Part shown: one piece after another, positions 49,621-59,328 of the stretch
Layout of the letters: each line of letters begins with the position of its first letter
Numbering within the stretch: position 1 is the stretch's first letter
NCBI GenBank assembly: GCA_040767155.1
Contig: JAXGPC010000005.1
Location: forward strand, 390,841 to 454,840
Length of the DNA stretch: 64,000 nucleotides
Source: Anaerolineae bacterium
Lineage (GTDB): Bacteria > Chloroflexota > Anaerolineae > B4-G1 > SLSP01
Direction of reading: 5' to 3'
The notes under the pieces: model-generated
Seen by the model: the letters and a program-made list of their open reading frames with translations, nothing else
Told to the model about the DNA's origin: nothing
Database searches by the model: none
Program-made: the position numbers and the translations under genes

Positions 49621-50456
49621 CGCGCACCTCCGATCATCGTCTCGAGGACGCCCACCTCTTGGGCCTTCTTGAACATGAAGTCCAGTGCGGCCTCAACGCC
49701 TACCTCCCGGCTGTTGACTTTCTCGCCAGGTTCAGGCAGCGGCGGCGTGCCCATCTGGTAGACGATGGTGGGCGACCCGCGCACTCCGATCTGTTCAGTG
49801 TCGAACGAGACGGGGCCATCCATGGTCCACACCTCGGGCTCGTAACGCAACGATCGGATCAGATCGGGCAAGGGAGCGTAGGGGATCTCGGCAATGTCCT
49901 TCTCGCACGTCAACAGGGCCGGCAGCGGCGTCTCGACGACCTCGGTCCAGCGCTCTGTCTTGCGCTCGACGACGACTGTCGCATCGTCGAGATCGACAGC
50001 CCGGATGTTGACGGCATAGGTCACGATGGGCATATCGAGCCGGACGGCCACGCCGGGGCCAACCTGAGCGGTGTCGCCGTCGATGGCCTGCTTGCCAAAG
50101 AAGATGAGGTCCAGTGGATCTTGCTCGTGGACCGCGCGGATGACCTTGGCCAAGACATACGATGTGGCCAACGTATCCGCACCAGCGAACTTGCGGTCGG
50201 AGACGAGGATCCCCCGGTCCGCACCCATCTCGATGGCTTCACGGATCGTCGTGACAAAGGAGTTAGGGCCCATGGACACCACCGTGACCCGCCCACCCAG
50301 CCTGCGCTTCCATTCCACGGCAGCCGCAAGCGCGTGCGCATCGTAGGGGTTCATGATCGCCGGAACCCCTTCACGTACGAGATTGCCCGTCACAGGATCG
50401 ATGCGGATGTTGGTGGTATCGGGCACCTGTTTGATCGCGACAAGTGCGTGGAACAA
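49617..50456 (-). CDS. fixA: electron transfer flavoprotein beta subunit FixA/EtfB
   Basis: LVAIKQVPDT N-terminus typical of EtfB. Overlaps fixB by 4 nt. Confidence 0.85.
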   Translation of the reverse strand: MFHALVAIKQVPDTTNIRIDPVTGNLVREGVPAIMNPYDAHALAAAVEWKRRLGGRVTVVSMGPNSFVTTIREAIEMGADRGILVSDRKFAGADTLATSYVLAKVIRAVHEQDPLDLIFFGKQAIDGDTAQVGPGVAVRLDMPIVTYAVNIRAVDLDDATVVVERKTERWTEVVETPLPALLTCEKDIAEIPYAPLPDLIRSLRYEPEVWTMDGPVSFDTEQIGVRGSPTIVYQMGTPPLPEPGEKVNSREVGVEAALDFMFKKAQEVGVLETMIGGAR

Positions 50457-50579
50457 ACTTCACCTCCTCAACTCAGAGATCGCGGCTGTTTGTCAGTCGC
50501 TTGACTGTCTGTCACTTACTCGACCAGCGCCATGCAGCAGGACACCTGCCTGCACTTCGCTCCGGGAGGTGCGGACAGT

Positions 50580-51884
50580 TCAAATATAGTCTAGGCCTTT
50601 GGCCTGCTCGGTCAATGCCTCGCGGAACTTGGGATGGGCGATGGAGATCAGAGCTTCTGTCCGTTGGCGGATGCTCTTCCCGTAGAGATCGACCGCTCCG
50701 TATTCCGTCACGATCCAGTGTACGTGGTTGCGGGAGGTGACCACACCCGCGCCCTGCTTGAGCATCGGCACGATCCGACTCATTGAGTCGTTCCTGGCTG
50801 TGCTTGGCAACGCAATGATCGGCACACCCCCTTCGCTGCGTGATGCGCCATAGATGAAGTCCATCTGCCCGCCAACACCGCTATAGAACTTGGGCCCGAT
50901 GCTATCGGCACAGACCTGACCTGTAAGGTCGACTTCGATGGCCCCGTTGATAGCTACCTGCCGGTAGTTCTGCCCGATGACGCACGGATCGTTGACGTAG
51001 TCGGTGGGATGGAGCTCCACGAGCTCGTTGTGATCCAGCCAGGGATACATCTCGCGCGATCCCAGGATGAAGCCCGCGATGATCTTTCCGGGGTGGAGCG
51101 TCTTCCGGGCGCCAGTGATGACCCCTCTCTTGACCAGGTGCACGACGCCCTCTGAAAACAGCTCGGTGTGGATGCCAAGGTCCGTGCGATCCTCCAGATA
51201 GGGCAGAACCGAGTCCGGGAGTGCGCCGATGCCCATCTGTAGCGTTGCGCCGTCGGGGATCAGCTCAGCCACGCGCCTGGCGATCTGTTCGATGACCGGA
51301 TCACTTGGGTCCGCACCCTTGTTGTATTCGTCGAGTGGGGCATCGACCTCGACAATGTAGTCGAGGTCCTTGACGTGGATCAACGTGTCGCCATAGATGT
51401 ACGGCATCTGTGGGTTGACCTGTGCGACGATGCACCTGGCAGCTTCGGCGCCGGTTTTCGTCAGCCCGGTCTCGATGCTGAAGGAGCAGAAACCGTTCTC
51501 ATCGGGTGGCGAGAGGTGAACGAAGGCCACGTCGATCGGGAGTACCCCCTTCTTGAAAAGCAGTGGGTATTCCGAAAGCAGCACGGGCGTGTAGTCCGCC
51601 CGCTTTTCCCAGACCGCCTGACGGACGTTATGTCCGATGAACAACGAATTGGAGCGCAGGTGGCCCTGCATCTCCGGTGCGTTCCACGGGGCCGGGCCGA
51701 CGGTCAGCGGCTGGGCAATCTCCACATTCTCGAACTGGGGTGCACGGGCCACCAGCGCGTCGGTGAGTGCCCGGGGGATGCTGCAGTTGCCGGTCAGGAA
51801 GATGCGCGCGCTAGATTTGACGGTTGCACTGACGGCCTCAGCCGCCGAGACCACTTTGCTTGCATAGAGCGCTTGCCAACTCAT
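50580..51884 (-). CDS. acetyl-CoA hydrolase/transferase family protein (4-hydroxybutyrate or succinyl-CoA:acetate CoA-transferase-like)
   Basis: Length and conserved blocks (SGVGGQMDF, GIHTELF) of the family. Confidence 0.75.
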   Translation of the reverse strand: MSWQALYASKVVSAAEAVSATVKSSARIFLTGNCSIPRALTDALVARAPQFENVEIAQPLTVGPAPWNAPEMQGHLRSNSLFIGHNVRQAVWEKRADYTPVLLSEYPLLFKKGVLPIDVAFVHLSPPDENGFCSFSIETGLTKTGAEAARCIVAQVNPQMPYIYGDTLIHVKDLDYIVEVDAPLDEYNKGADPSDPVIEQIARRVAELIPDGATLQMGIGALPDSVLPYLEDRTDLGIHTELFSEGVVHLVKRGVITGARKTLHPGKIIAGFILGSREMYPWLDHNELVELHPTDYVNDPCVIGQNYRQVAINGAIEVDLTGQVCADSIGPKFYSGVGGQMDFIYGASRSEGGVPIIALPSTARNDSMSRIVPMLKQGAGVVTSRNHVHWIVTEYGAVDLYGKSIRQRTEALISIAHPKFREALTEQAKGLDYI

Positions 51885-51900
51885 ACAGGTGGAGAGCCTC

Positions 51901-52986
51901 CTACCGGAGCCCGAGGGGCGTGGTATCTTCGATGAGTTCGCCGTTGCGCATCACCAGGCCGCAGCGCAGAGCCTCGTTCTGGGCAACGGCAGATGCCATG
52001 CCCATCGCCGCCAGATGGCGGATGTAGGACCAGGCCGCGTTGTTGAACGCATGGGTCGACGTACGTGGGACGGAGCCAGGCACATTGGGCACGCAGTAGT
52101 GCACCACATCCTCCTCGATATAGGTGGGACAATCGAGGGTCGTGGGGCGGCTGGTCTCCGCACAGCCACCGCTGTCGATGGAGAAGTCGATGATGACCGA
52201 TCCCTTCCGCATCGTTCGCAACATCTCACGGGTGATGACAACCGGCGTGCGTTTCCCGGGATTGCGGACCGCGCCGATGATGACATCTGCAAAGCGCGCC
52301 ACATAGGCCACGTTGAAATCGTGGTCGATCATCGTCGTGACCCGTCCTCCGAACTGCGTATCAAGCTCGCGTAGGTGATCAAGTGAGCGACTCAGGATGA
52401 AGACCTTGGCGCCCAGCCCCAGGAACGCCCGGGCCGCGTTCTGACCGACCGTTCCCGAGCCCAGGATCACAACGTCGCCGGCAGAGACGCCTGGCACTCC
52501 GTTGAGCAGAATACCGCGTCCGCCATTCTGCCGCATCAGCATCGAGCCCGCGATGTAGGGCGCCATGCGCCCCGCAACCTCGCTCACCGTCTTGAGGATC
52601 GGGAAGTCGTGCTTGTCCTTCCTGATCATCTCGTAAGCGATCGCGGTGATGCGGCGGTTTCGCATCGCCGCCACATCCTCATCGGGGATCTGCGGCAGCC
52701 CCAGGAAGCACATCAGTGCCTGACCGCTGGTCATCCAGCCGATCTCTTCGGTCGTAGGCCGGAGCACCTTCAGGACCAGCGCTCCCTGGGCATAGACTTC
52801 CTCGCCGCTATGGACGAGGGTAGCGCCCATTCGTTCGTAGTCGTAGTCGTCGAATCCAGCTCCAATACCGGCGCCGCTTTCCACAAAGCACTTATGACCG
52901 TCCTTGGTCAACAACCCGACGCCGGCCGGGGTCAGACCCACACGTTCCTCACCGGGAAGTCTCTCCTTTGGAATGCTGATGTTCAT
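51901..52986 (-). CDS. ald: alanine dehydrogenase
   Basis: Family length and motifs (IPKE..GE.RV, NAD-binding VVILGSGTVG). Confidence 0.8.
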   Translation of the reverse strand: MNISIPKERLPGEERVGLTPAGVGLLTKDGHKCFVESGAGIGAGFDDYDYERMGATLVHSGEEVYAQGALVLKVLRPTTEEIGWMTSGQALMCFLGLPQIPDEDVAAMRNRRITAIAYEMIRKDKHDFPILKTVSEVAGRMAPYIAGSMLMRQNGGRGILLNGVPGVSAGDVVILGSGTVGQNAARAFLGLGAKVFILSRSLDHLRELDTQFGGRVTTMIDHDFNVAYVARFADVIIGAVRNPGKRTPVVITREMLRTMRKGSVIIDFSIDSGGCAETSRPTTLDCPTYIEEDVVHYCVPNVPGSVPRTSTHAFNNAAWSYIRHLAAMGMASAVAQNEALRCGLVMRNGELIEDTTPLGLR

Positions 52987-53032
52987 CGTGTGCTCCTTGT
53001 GCGATCCTCTCTCGCTATGCTGACCGACACAA

Positions 53033-54226
53033 TCACGCCATCCGCGCCACGCCGTTATCCGGAAGCGTTACATACACCGTGGGCTGTTTGCCGTAGACGG
53101 CGTCATACACCTCGTTGAGATGCGCTTCGATATCAGGGACGGCCCCTTCGTCGGCAAGAGCGATGATGCATCCGCCGAACCCGGCGCCAGTCAGGCGCGC
53201 CCCGTAACACCCCTCTACCTCGGCGGCTGCTTCTACGAGCGTGTCCAATTCGGCAATGCTCACCTCGTAGTCGTCGCGCAGGCTGCGATGTCCCTCCAGC
53301 AGGAGCTGCCCCACGTGGTCCATGCGATTCTCATAGAGGTCACGCGCAACCTGCAGGACACGGTTGTTCTCGGTCACGACGTGGCGTGCCCGCCGGTGCA
53401 CGACCTCCGGGAGGTCACTCCTGTGCTGGTCGAGCTGCTCCGGGGTCACATCGCGCAATGCCGTGATGTCGGGGTAGTGCTCCTTCAGGACGCTGACCGC
53501 CTGCTCACACTGCGCCCGGCGCACGTTGTATTCGGAGCCCGTGAGCTGCCGGCGCACCATGCTATCGGCTACGACGACGGCGATTCCCTGGGGCATCGGG
53601 AAGTAGGCGCGCTCCATCGTCCGGGTATCCAGCATCATCGCGTGGCCTGCGCGGCCACATGCGCTGATCATCTGATCCATGATGCCGCAATTCACGCCTA
53701 CGTATTGGTTCTCAGCCTTCTGGCATAGTAACGCCAGATCCGACAACTTCATGCCGAACTCGCCTATCTGATCCCAGGCATAGGCAAAGGCCACCTCGAC
53801 CGCTGCGGACGAGGACATACCTGCGCCGACCGGCACGTCCGAGGTGAGCACGCCGTTGATGCCCGTCAGGGTCATCCCTTGCTCCAGCATAGCCCAGGCG
53901 ACGCCTTGCGGGTAGTCGGACCAACCGCCGCCCGATGAGGGTGTCCGATCAACCGGAAACGTTTTCTCGTCATTTCTCATATCCAGCGCCCGGACCGTTG
54001 CCCATCCATCGTCCCGCGGCGCGACAGCCAGCCACGCTGCCCGGTCCACTGCCACCGGCAGCACGAACCCATCGTTATAGTCGGTGTGTTCACCAATCAG
54101 GTTGACCCTACCCGGCGCGCGCACGACCATGGCGGGCGGCTGCTGGAAGCGGGCCTGGAAAGCGTCTGTGACTTTCTTCTGAAGTGTGTGTTCGGACATA
54201 CCAACCTCCCCTGTAGCGGCAGTCAT
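53033..54226 (-). CDS. galK: galactokinase
   Basis: APGRVNLIGEHTDYNDG galactokinase signature and the GHMP motif PVGAGMSSSAAV. Confidence 0.85.
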   Translation of the reverse strand: MTAATGEVGMSEHTLQKKVTDAFQARFQQPPAMVVRAPGRVNLIGEHTDYNDGFVLPVAVDRAAWLAVAPRDDGWATVRALDMRNDEKTFPVDRTPSSGGGWSDYPQGVAWAMLEQGMTLTGINGVLTSDVPVGAGMSSSAAVEVAFAYAWDQIGEFGMKLSDLALLCQKAENQYVGVNCGIMDQMISACGRAGHAMMLDTRTMERAYFPMPQGIAVVVADSMVRRQLTGSEYNVRRAQCEQAVSVLKEHYPDITALRDVTPEQLDQHRSDLPEVVHRRARHVVTENNRVLQVARDLYENRMDHVGQLLLEGHRSLRDDYEVSIAELDTLVEAAAEVEGCYGARLTGAGFGGCIIALADEGAVPDIEAHLNEVYDAVYGKQPTVYVTLPDNGVARMA

Positions 54227-54357
54227 TATAGTGGCATCTCGATGATCCCGCTAATGGCGACGCACCCCGGGGACCATCCCGCCCTGCAACCCAATCGCTC
54301 ACCGTACTGCCAACCGCTCCTGGATGCGGCAACCCTGGCCGCCCCAGGCGCCTGTGT

Positions 54358-56013
54358 TTACTCCTCGATATCTTCCGGGGAGATGTCGACCAGAATCCCC
54401 TCAGCGAGCAGACGCTGGATGATTTGCTTCTCGTGCCCGAAGGGCACGGTCGCCAGTGTCGGCGTCATCTGCTCTTCGATGAGTGTCTGAACGTTGGGCT
54501 GGTGCAGGATCTGCGGATCGGGGACGCGCAACACCCATGCCCGGGAGAGATGCCCCCCGTCATCCTGCTGGTAAGCGCGCCGGATGGCTACCTCCATCCC
54601 TGAGGGCAACGTCTTGCGCCCCGTGCTCTTTTTCAGAAAGTCCACGATGCGGTCAGGGGAGATCCGTTGCTGCTTCGCGCGGTTGACCGATGCCGGCGAC
54701 AACCGGAATCGATAGACTCCCGGTGTGCCGATAGCCTCCGCGATCCGGCTGAGCTGAAAGCGCTCGTACCGGCGCCTTGCAGGGGCGAGGATCTCGCCGT
54801 AGTCGTTTAGCTCCAGTTGGTCCGGGGGTGGAAAGGAAGGTGGAGGAGAACCGCTGAGCAGTGCTGCGCCGGCATCCGTGAGCTTGAACGCCGAGGGCGA
54901 GGCCTCAGGGGTCCCCTGTCCAAGGTCGACGAGCCCCAGCCAGGCCATAGTTCCGCAGAGCATGTCGGTGATCAGGGCGCCTTCGACGGCATCCCACGCA
55001 CCATATCCGCGGAGCGGGTCCGCCGACGTGACTTCCCGCGGCGCCCAGGCGTCGTAGTTGCCATCGGGACGCAGGAAATCGGTGGCGGTCTCTTTGACGT
55101 ACTGGACAAAGGCTCCGATGTCATACCATGCGCCGGGATCACAGCGCTTCACCGCAGCCAGGAAGGTCTGGCGCGTGCGTTGTGGCTCGTTGGGCCATTG
55201 GTTGACCGGATCAGGCGTCAGCGTCGGGACGAAGGTCACGTCGCTGTACGCCTGGCTCGTGATCCAGGCTTGTGCGAGAGTCGACCATTGTGTCCAGGGA
55301 TCGGCCTGTAGCCACTCCAGGATCGTAGCGGCCACGGGGCGTATGGCGTCGTTCTCGCCACGGCGTACCCATCCCCTCTCCAAGGACAGTGTCTCAAGCA
55401 GTTGAAGTCGCCGGGCCGATGGAGGATGGAGTTGTGCGAGGATTGCCTCCCGCGTCTGATCGCCTCGCTGTAGTGCCGACCACAGGGTGACCAGGTCATC
55501 GGCGAGCGTGTCATCGCCGGGCACCACGACCGGCGGTGGCCCGGCTGTGGGCGGCGCTGTCATCTGCAGCGGAGGCGGGGCCGGCAAGTAGAGCATCAGC
55601 TCCTCCGGCACGAAGGCCATCTCTACAGGCTTGCCCAGATGATCGTCGAAGGCGCGATGCACCCATCCCATGAAGGACAGCGACTCAGCCGCCGAGGCTG
55701 GATCGCGCCAGAGCTCCTCGCGTTCGATGCGTCCCGGACCGATGGCACGCACCTGTCCCCAGCGTCGGGTGAAGATCGCCCAGGGGATCGTGCCGGCATG
55801 GCGGACCAGGTCATCGAGTGCCTCACGCTCCTCGGACGACAGGCGCTCGAGGCTGTCATCGATCGCCTCCGCGTTGGCGAGCGCCGTCACCAGCTCGGCG
55901 GCGATATCGGCCTTCCGGCTCGACTGCAGCTCGACCTTCCAGAGCCGCGCGATGACGCGCAGGAGGGAGGGATCGCTATCGAGAAAGGACTGGTAGAGCG
56001 TTCTCAGGGCCAT
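54358..56013 (-). CDS. hypothetical protein (551 aa, no recognised domain)
   Basis: Long ORF with coding-like composition, upstream of galK and same orientation. No motif I can name. Confidence 0.4.
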   Translation of the reverse strand: MALRTLYQSFLDSDPSLLRVIARLWKVELQSSRKADIAAELVTALANAEAIDDSLERLSSEEREALDDLVRHAGTIPWAIFTRRWGQVRAIGPGRIEREELWRDPASAAESLSFMGWVHRAFDDHLGKPVEMAFVPEELMLYLPAPPPLQMTAPPTAGPPPVVVPGDDTLADDLVTLWSALQRGDQTREAILAQLHPPSARRLQLLETLSLERGWVRRGENDAIRPVAATILEWLQADPWTQWSTLAQAWITSQAYSDVTFVPTLTPDPVNQWPNEPQRTRQTFLAAVKRCDPGAWYDIGAFVQYVKETATDFLRPDGNYDAWAPREVTSADPLRGYGAWDAVEGALITDMLCGTMAWLGLVDLGQGTPEASPSAFKLTDAGAALLSGSPPPSFPPPDQLELNDYGEILAPARRRYERFQLSRIAEAIGTPGVYRFRLSPASVNRAKQQRISPDRIVDFLKKSTGRKTLPSGMEVAIRRAYQQDDGGHLSRAWVLRVPDPQILHQPNVQTLIEEQMTPTLATVPFGHEKQIIQRLLAEGILVDISPEDIEE

Positions 56014-56245
56014 TGATCGCGTCCGCGTCCGCCGGAGGCGGGTTCGCTGTGGGATGGAGCCATACGCGGATTATAGCCGCCCGAGGCTCAGCGGCAAACA
56101 CGTCCCTCTGCACCTGGGGTCTGCCGCCTCACGGCCCTTCGCTGCCCGGTGCGCGATCCGGGGAGCCTGTCTTTGGTGAGTGCGCAACCTCCGGGGTATA
56201 ATCGCGCCAACTGCCGCGTTCATTCCCTCCTGAGGAGGTTATCTG

Positions 56246-58051
56246 ATGAAAACGCTACTCTCGGGCAATGAGGCTATCGCGCTGGGGGCATGGGAAGCCG
56301 GAGTCCAGTACGCCTCGGCCTATCCCGGCACCCCATCGACCGAGATTCTGGAGAACTTCGCACGCTACCCCGGCATCCGCGCTGAATGGGCCAGTAACGA
56401 GAAAGTGGCTCTGGACAATGTCGTGGGCGCGTCGTTCGGCGGCGCCAGGACGCTTGCGGCGATGAAGCACGTCGGCGTCAACGTCGCTGCGGATAGCCTG
56501 ATGTCGGTCTCCTATACAGGGGTCAAGGGGGCGCTGATTCTGGTCAGTGCCGATGATCCTGCGTGTCTCTCGTCGCAGAACGAGCAGGACAACCGCCAGT
56601 ATGCACGATCCGGGAAATTCCCCTGTTTCGATCCTGCGGATAGCGCGGAGGCGCGACGCTTCGTGGGGATCGCGGCGGACGTTAGCGAGCAGTTTGCCAC
56701 GCCCGTGATGCTCCGCACAACTACACGTCTATCGCACTCCAAGTCCGCCGTGGAAGCGCGGGTACCCGAAGCACGCGAGTTCAAGCCCTTGGCGCCCTAT
56801 GAGCGCGTGGGAGGGGGCTCTCGCGTGATCGTCCCCGAGGTTGCCCGGCGCCGCCATCCTGAGGTCGAGGCGCGGCTCGAGGCGCTCGCCGCCTGGTCGG
56901 CGACCGAGGGCTTCGACCTTGGCATCAACCGCATCGAATGGGGCGAGACCGACGTCGGCATCGTCACCTCCGGAATCACCTACCAGTATGTGCGCGAGCT
57001 TGCCGGCCATAAGTCCATTCTCAAGCTGGGGATGAGCTATCCGCTCCCATTCGACAGGATCCGCGAGTTCGCGGACAGAGTGGGCACGCTCATCGTTGTG
57101 GAGGAGCTCGATCCCTTCATCGAGGAGCAGATCCGGGCTGCGGGCATCCCCGTGGCCCATGGCAAGGACGTCATTCCGCTCTGCGGCGAACTCACGCTGG
57201 CCAACGTTCGCCAGGGGCTCTACCTCGCGGGGGTGTTGCCTGAGCCGCCCGAGCCGCCGGCGCCCCTCGCGTCGGTTTCGGTGCCCCGTCGCCCGCCCGC
57301 GCTCTGCCCTGGCTGCCCGCACCGCGCCTTCTTCTACAACCTGCGCCGCCACCGGCGCAAGGCCGTGCTCGCGGGCGACATCGGCTGCTACTCGATGGGC
57401 GTGATGCCGCCATTCGAGGCCATGGATATGCTCATCTCGATGGGGGCGAGCATCGGCATGGCGCACGGCTTTGCCCGGGCCGGTGGGCAGGAATCCGCCA
57501 TCGCTACCATTGGCGACAGCACTTTTTTCCATTCCGGCATGGCACCGCTGGCCTCTGCGGTCTACAACCGGTCGAAGATTGTCGTTGCGGTTCTCGACAA
57601 CCGCATCACGGCCATGACCGGCCAACAACACAACCCCGGCACGGGCATCACGCTCCAGGGCGAACAGGGGCGCGAGATCGACATCGCCGCCGTCTGCAGG
57701 GCGATGGGCGTCACCTTCGTGGAAGAGGTCAATGCCTGGGACGTCAACGCGATCAACAAGGTGTTGCGCGATGCCATGGCGCATGCAGACGGACCGGCGG
57801 TTGTCATTGTCCGCGGCGCCTGCGTCTTTACCCCGCACTTCCACCTGCAGCCCAAGATGCGCGTCGACCTGACCAAGTGCGTGACCTGCGGTTCCTGCTT
57901 CCGTGTTGGCTGTCCCGCTATCCTCAAGAGTGACGAAATCTACCCTGCCAGCGGAAAACAAAAAGCTACCATCGACCCGCTCCTCTGCACCGGCTGCACC
58001 GTCTGTATGCAGGTGTGTCCGGTGGGGGCGATAGGGCGAGAAGGCGAGTGA
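56246..58051 (+). CDS. iorA: indolepyruvate:ferredoxin oxidoreductase alpha subunit
   Basis: SGNEAIALGAWEAGV...AYPGTPSTEI TPP-domain N-terminus, about 600 aa, and a C-terminal 2x4Fe-4S ferredoxin motif (CVTCGSCFRVGCP...CTGCTVCMQVCP). Confidence 0.9.
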   Translation: MKTLLSGNEAIALGAWEAGVQYASAYPGTPSTEILENFARYPGIRAEWASNEKVALDNVVGASFGGARTLAAMKHVGVNVAADSLMSVSYTGVKGALILVSADDPACLSSQNEQDNRQYARSGKFPCFDPADSAEARRFVGIAADVSEQFATPVMLRTTTRLSHSKSAVEARVPEAREFKPLAPYERVGGGSRVIVPEVARRRHPEVEARLEALAAWSATEGFDLGINRIEWGETDVGIVTSGITYQYVRELAGHKSILKLGMSYPLPFDRIREFADRVGTLIVVEELDPFIEEQIRAAGIPVAHGKDVIPLCGELTLANVRQGLYLAGVLPEPPEPPAPLASVSVPRRPPALCPGCPHRAFFYNLRRHRRKAVLAGDIGCYSMGVMPPFEAMDMLISMGASIGMAHGFARAGGQESAIATIGDSTFFHSGMAPLASAVYNRSKIVVAVLDNRITAMTGQQHNPGTGITLQGEQGREIDIAAVCRAMGVTFVEEVNAWDVNAINKVLRDAMAHADGPAVVIVRGACVFTPHFHLQPKMRVDLTKCVTCGSCFRVGCPAILKSDEIYPASGKQKATIDPLLCTGCTVCMQVCPVGAIGREGE

Positions 58052-58093
58052 GCGAAAAAGCGAGAAGGCGAAAAAGCGAGAAGGCGAAAAGAC
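58035..58093. repeat. GCGARAAG octamer tandem array overlapping the last codons of iorA
   Basis: gggcgagaaggcgagtgagcgaaaaagcgagaaggcgaaaaagcgagaaggcgaaaag. Confidence 0.6.
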
Positions 58094-58153
58094 GGACGGA
58101 TTGGTAGAGCACGGGGTATCTATATTCGGTGATAGCTGAGGATGTGAGGGAGT

Positions 58154-58570
58154 ATGGATGACCTCGATTTTGGGGCGTGGGCGGCTACCGTTCACTCACG
58201 GATGAAGCGTGAACCACTGTGGAAATCTGTCGCGTACCAGAAGGCCCTGTTCCTCCATGAGTGCGTTTGGCGAGACTGCGAGATACTGCAGGCGGATGTT
58301 CGTGGGAGATCCATTGTGCAGCAGTTGATCCGGAGCGCCGGGTCCATTAGTGCGAATCTCGAGGAGGGCCACGGACGGGGCTATGGCAAACAGCGCAACT
58401 GGTTCTGGACGGTTGCGATCGGCTCCGCTCGCGAGAGTAAGGGCTGGTATTGGCGTGCTCGCCACCTGCTCTCTGAGGCAGTGTTGGACGATCGCCTGTC
58501 GCTTGCGGATGAGATCATCGCCATGTTGGTCAGTGAACTCAGCCGCCATCAGCACCAAGATGTGAGGTGA
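58154..58570 (+). CDS. four-helix-bundle protein (23S rRNA intervening-sequence protein family)
   Basis: IRSAGSISANLEEGHGRGYGKQRNWFWTVAIGSARESKGWYWRA matches the family core (IRRAavSIpaNIAEG.gR...fl.iArGSl.E). Confidence 0.7.
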   Translation: MDDLDFGAWAATVHSRMKREPLWKSVAYQKALFLHECVWRDCEILQADVRGRSIVQQLIRSAGSISANLEEGHGRGYGKQRNWFWTVAIGSARESKGWYWRARHLLSEAVLDDRLSLADEIIAMLVSELSRHQHQDVR

Positions 58571-58589
58571 CCGCCCCTTCCATCGGGTC

Positions 58590-58662
58590 TGTATTCGCTT
58601 ACTCGCCTATTCGCTTACTCGCCTATTCGCTTACTCGCCTATTCGCTTTCTCGTTCTATCGC
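58590..58662. repeat. octamer tandem array (cttactcg/cctattcg)n, the reverse complement of the GCGARTAR family
   Basis: gtattcgcttactcgcctattcgcttactcgcctattcgcttactcgcctattcgctttctcg. It lies in inverted orientation relative to the array at 58035-58093. Confidence 0.6.
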
Positions 58663-58684
58663 GTAACTCTTGATAGGAGGCTTC

Positions 58685-59308
58685 ATGATCACCACACTGA
58701 ACATCCTCTTCGTCGGCGTCGGGGGGCAGGGGGTCCTGACGGCGTCGGATATTGCGGCGCAGGTGGGGCTGGACCTTGGGTTGGACGCGAAGAAGTCGGA
58801 GGTGCACGGGTTTGCACAGCGCGGGGGCGTGGTCGATAGCCACGTGCGGTGGGCGCCTGTCGTGGGCTCTCCCACGTCCGAGAAGGGCACAGTCGATGTG
58901 CTGATGGCCTTTGAGCTGCTCGAAGCGGCGCGTTGGGCGGATTGGCTCAAGCCCGGCGGGATGATTGTCGTCAACCGTCAGCAGATCGTGCCGATGTCGG
59001 TGAGTCTCTCGGATGCCGTTTATCCCGACGAGGGGACGCTCCTTGCTGCTCTGGGCGAGCGGGCGAGCCGGGTGGTGGTTGTCGACGCGCTCAGGCTTGC
59101 CGAGCAGGCTGGAAACACGCGCACGGTCAACACGATTATGCTCGCTGCGCTCTCCACATTGCTCGAGACCGATGCCGAGATCTGGGAGAACGCGATCCTG
59201 CGCCGTGTGCCACAGAGATACGCCGACGTGAACGGGGTGGCCTTCCGGCTGGGGCGCGCGGTTGGGCTTGGTGAATCTCTGTCCCAGGGAGGGTACGAGC
59301 CGCTGTAG
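58685..59308 (+). CDS. iorB: indolepyruvate:ferredoxin oxidoreductase beta subunit
   Basis: NILFVGVGGQGVLTASDI pyruvate-ferredoxin-oxidoreductase gamma-like domain, about 200 aa. Separated from iorA by the inserted four-helix-bundle gene. Confidence 0.85.
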   Translation: MITTLNILFVGVGGQGVLTASDIAAQVGLDLGLDAKKSEVHGFAQRGGVVDSHVRWAPVVGSPTSEKGTVDVLMAFELLEAARWADWLKPGGMIVVNRQQIVPMSVSLSDAVYPDEGTLLAALGERASRVVVVDALRLAEQAGNTRTVNTIMLAALSTLLETDAEIWENAILRRVPQRYADVNGVAFRLGRAVGLGESLSQGGYEPL

Positions 59309-59328
59309 GAATGCGCGGTGGGCATTGG

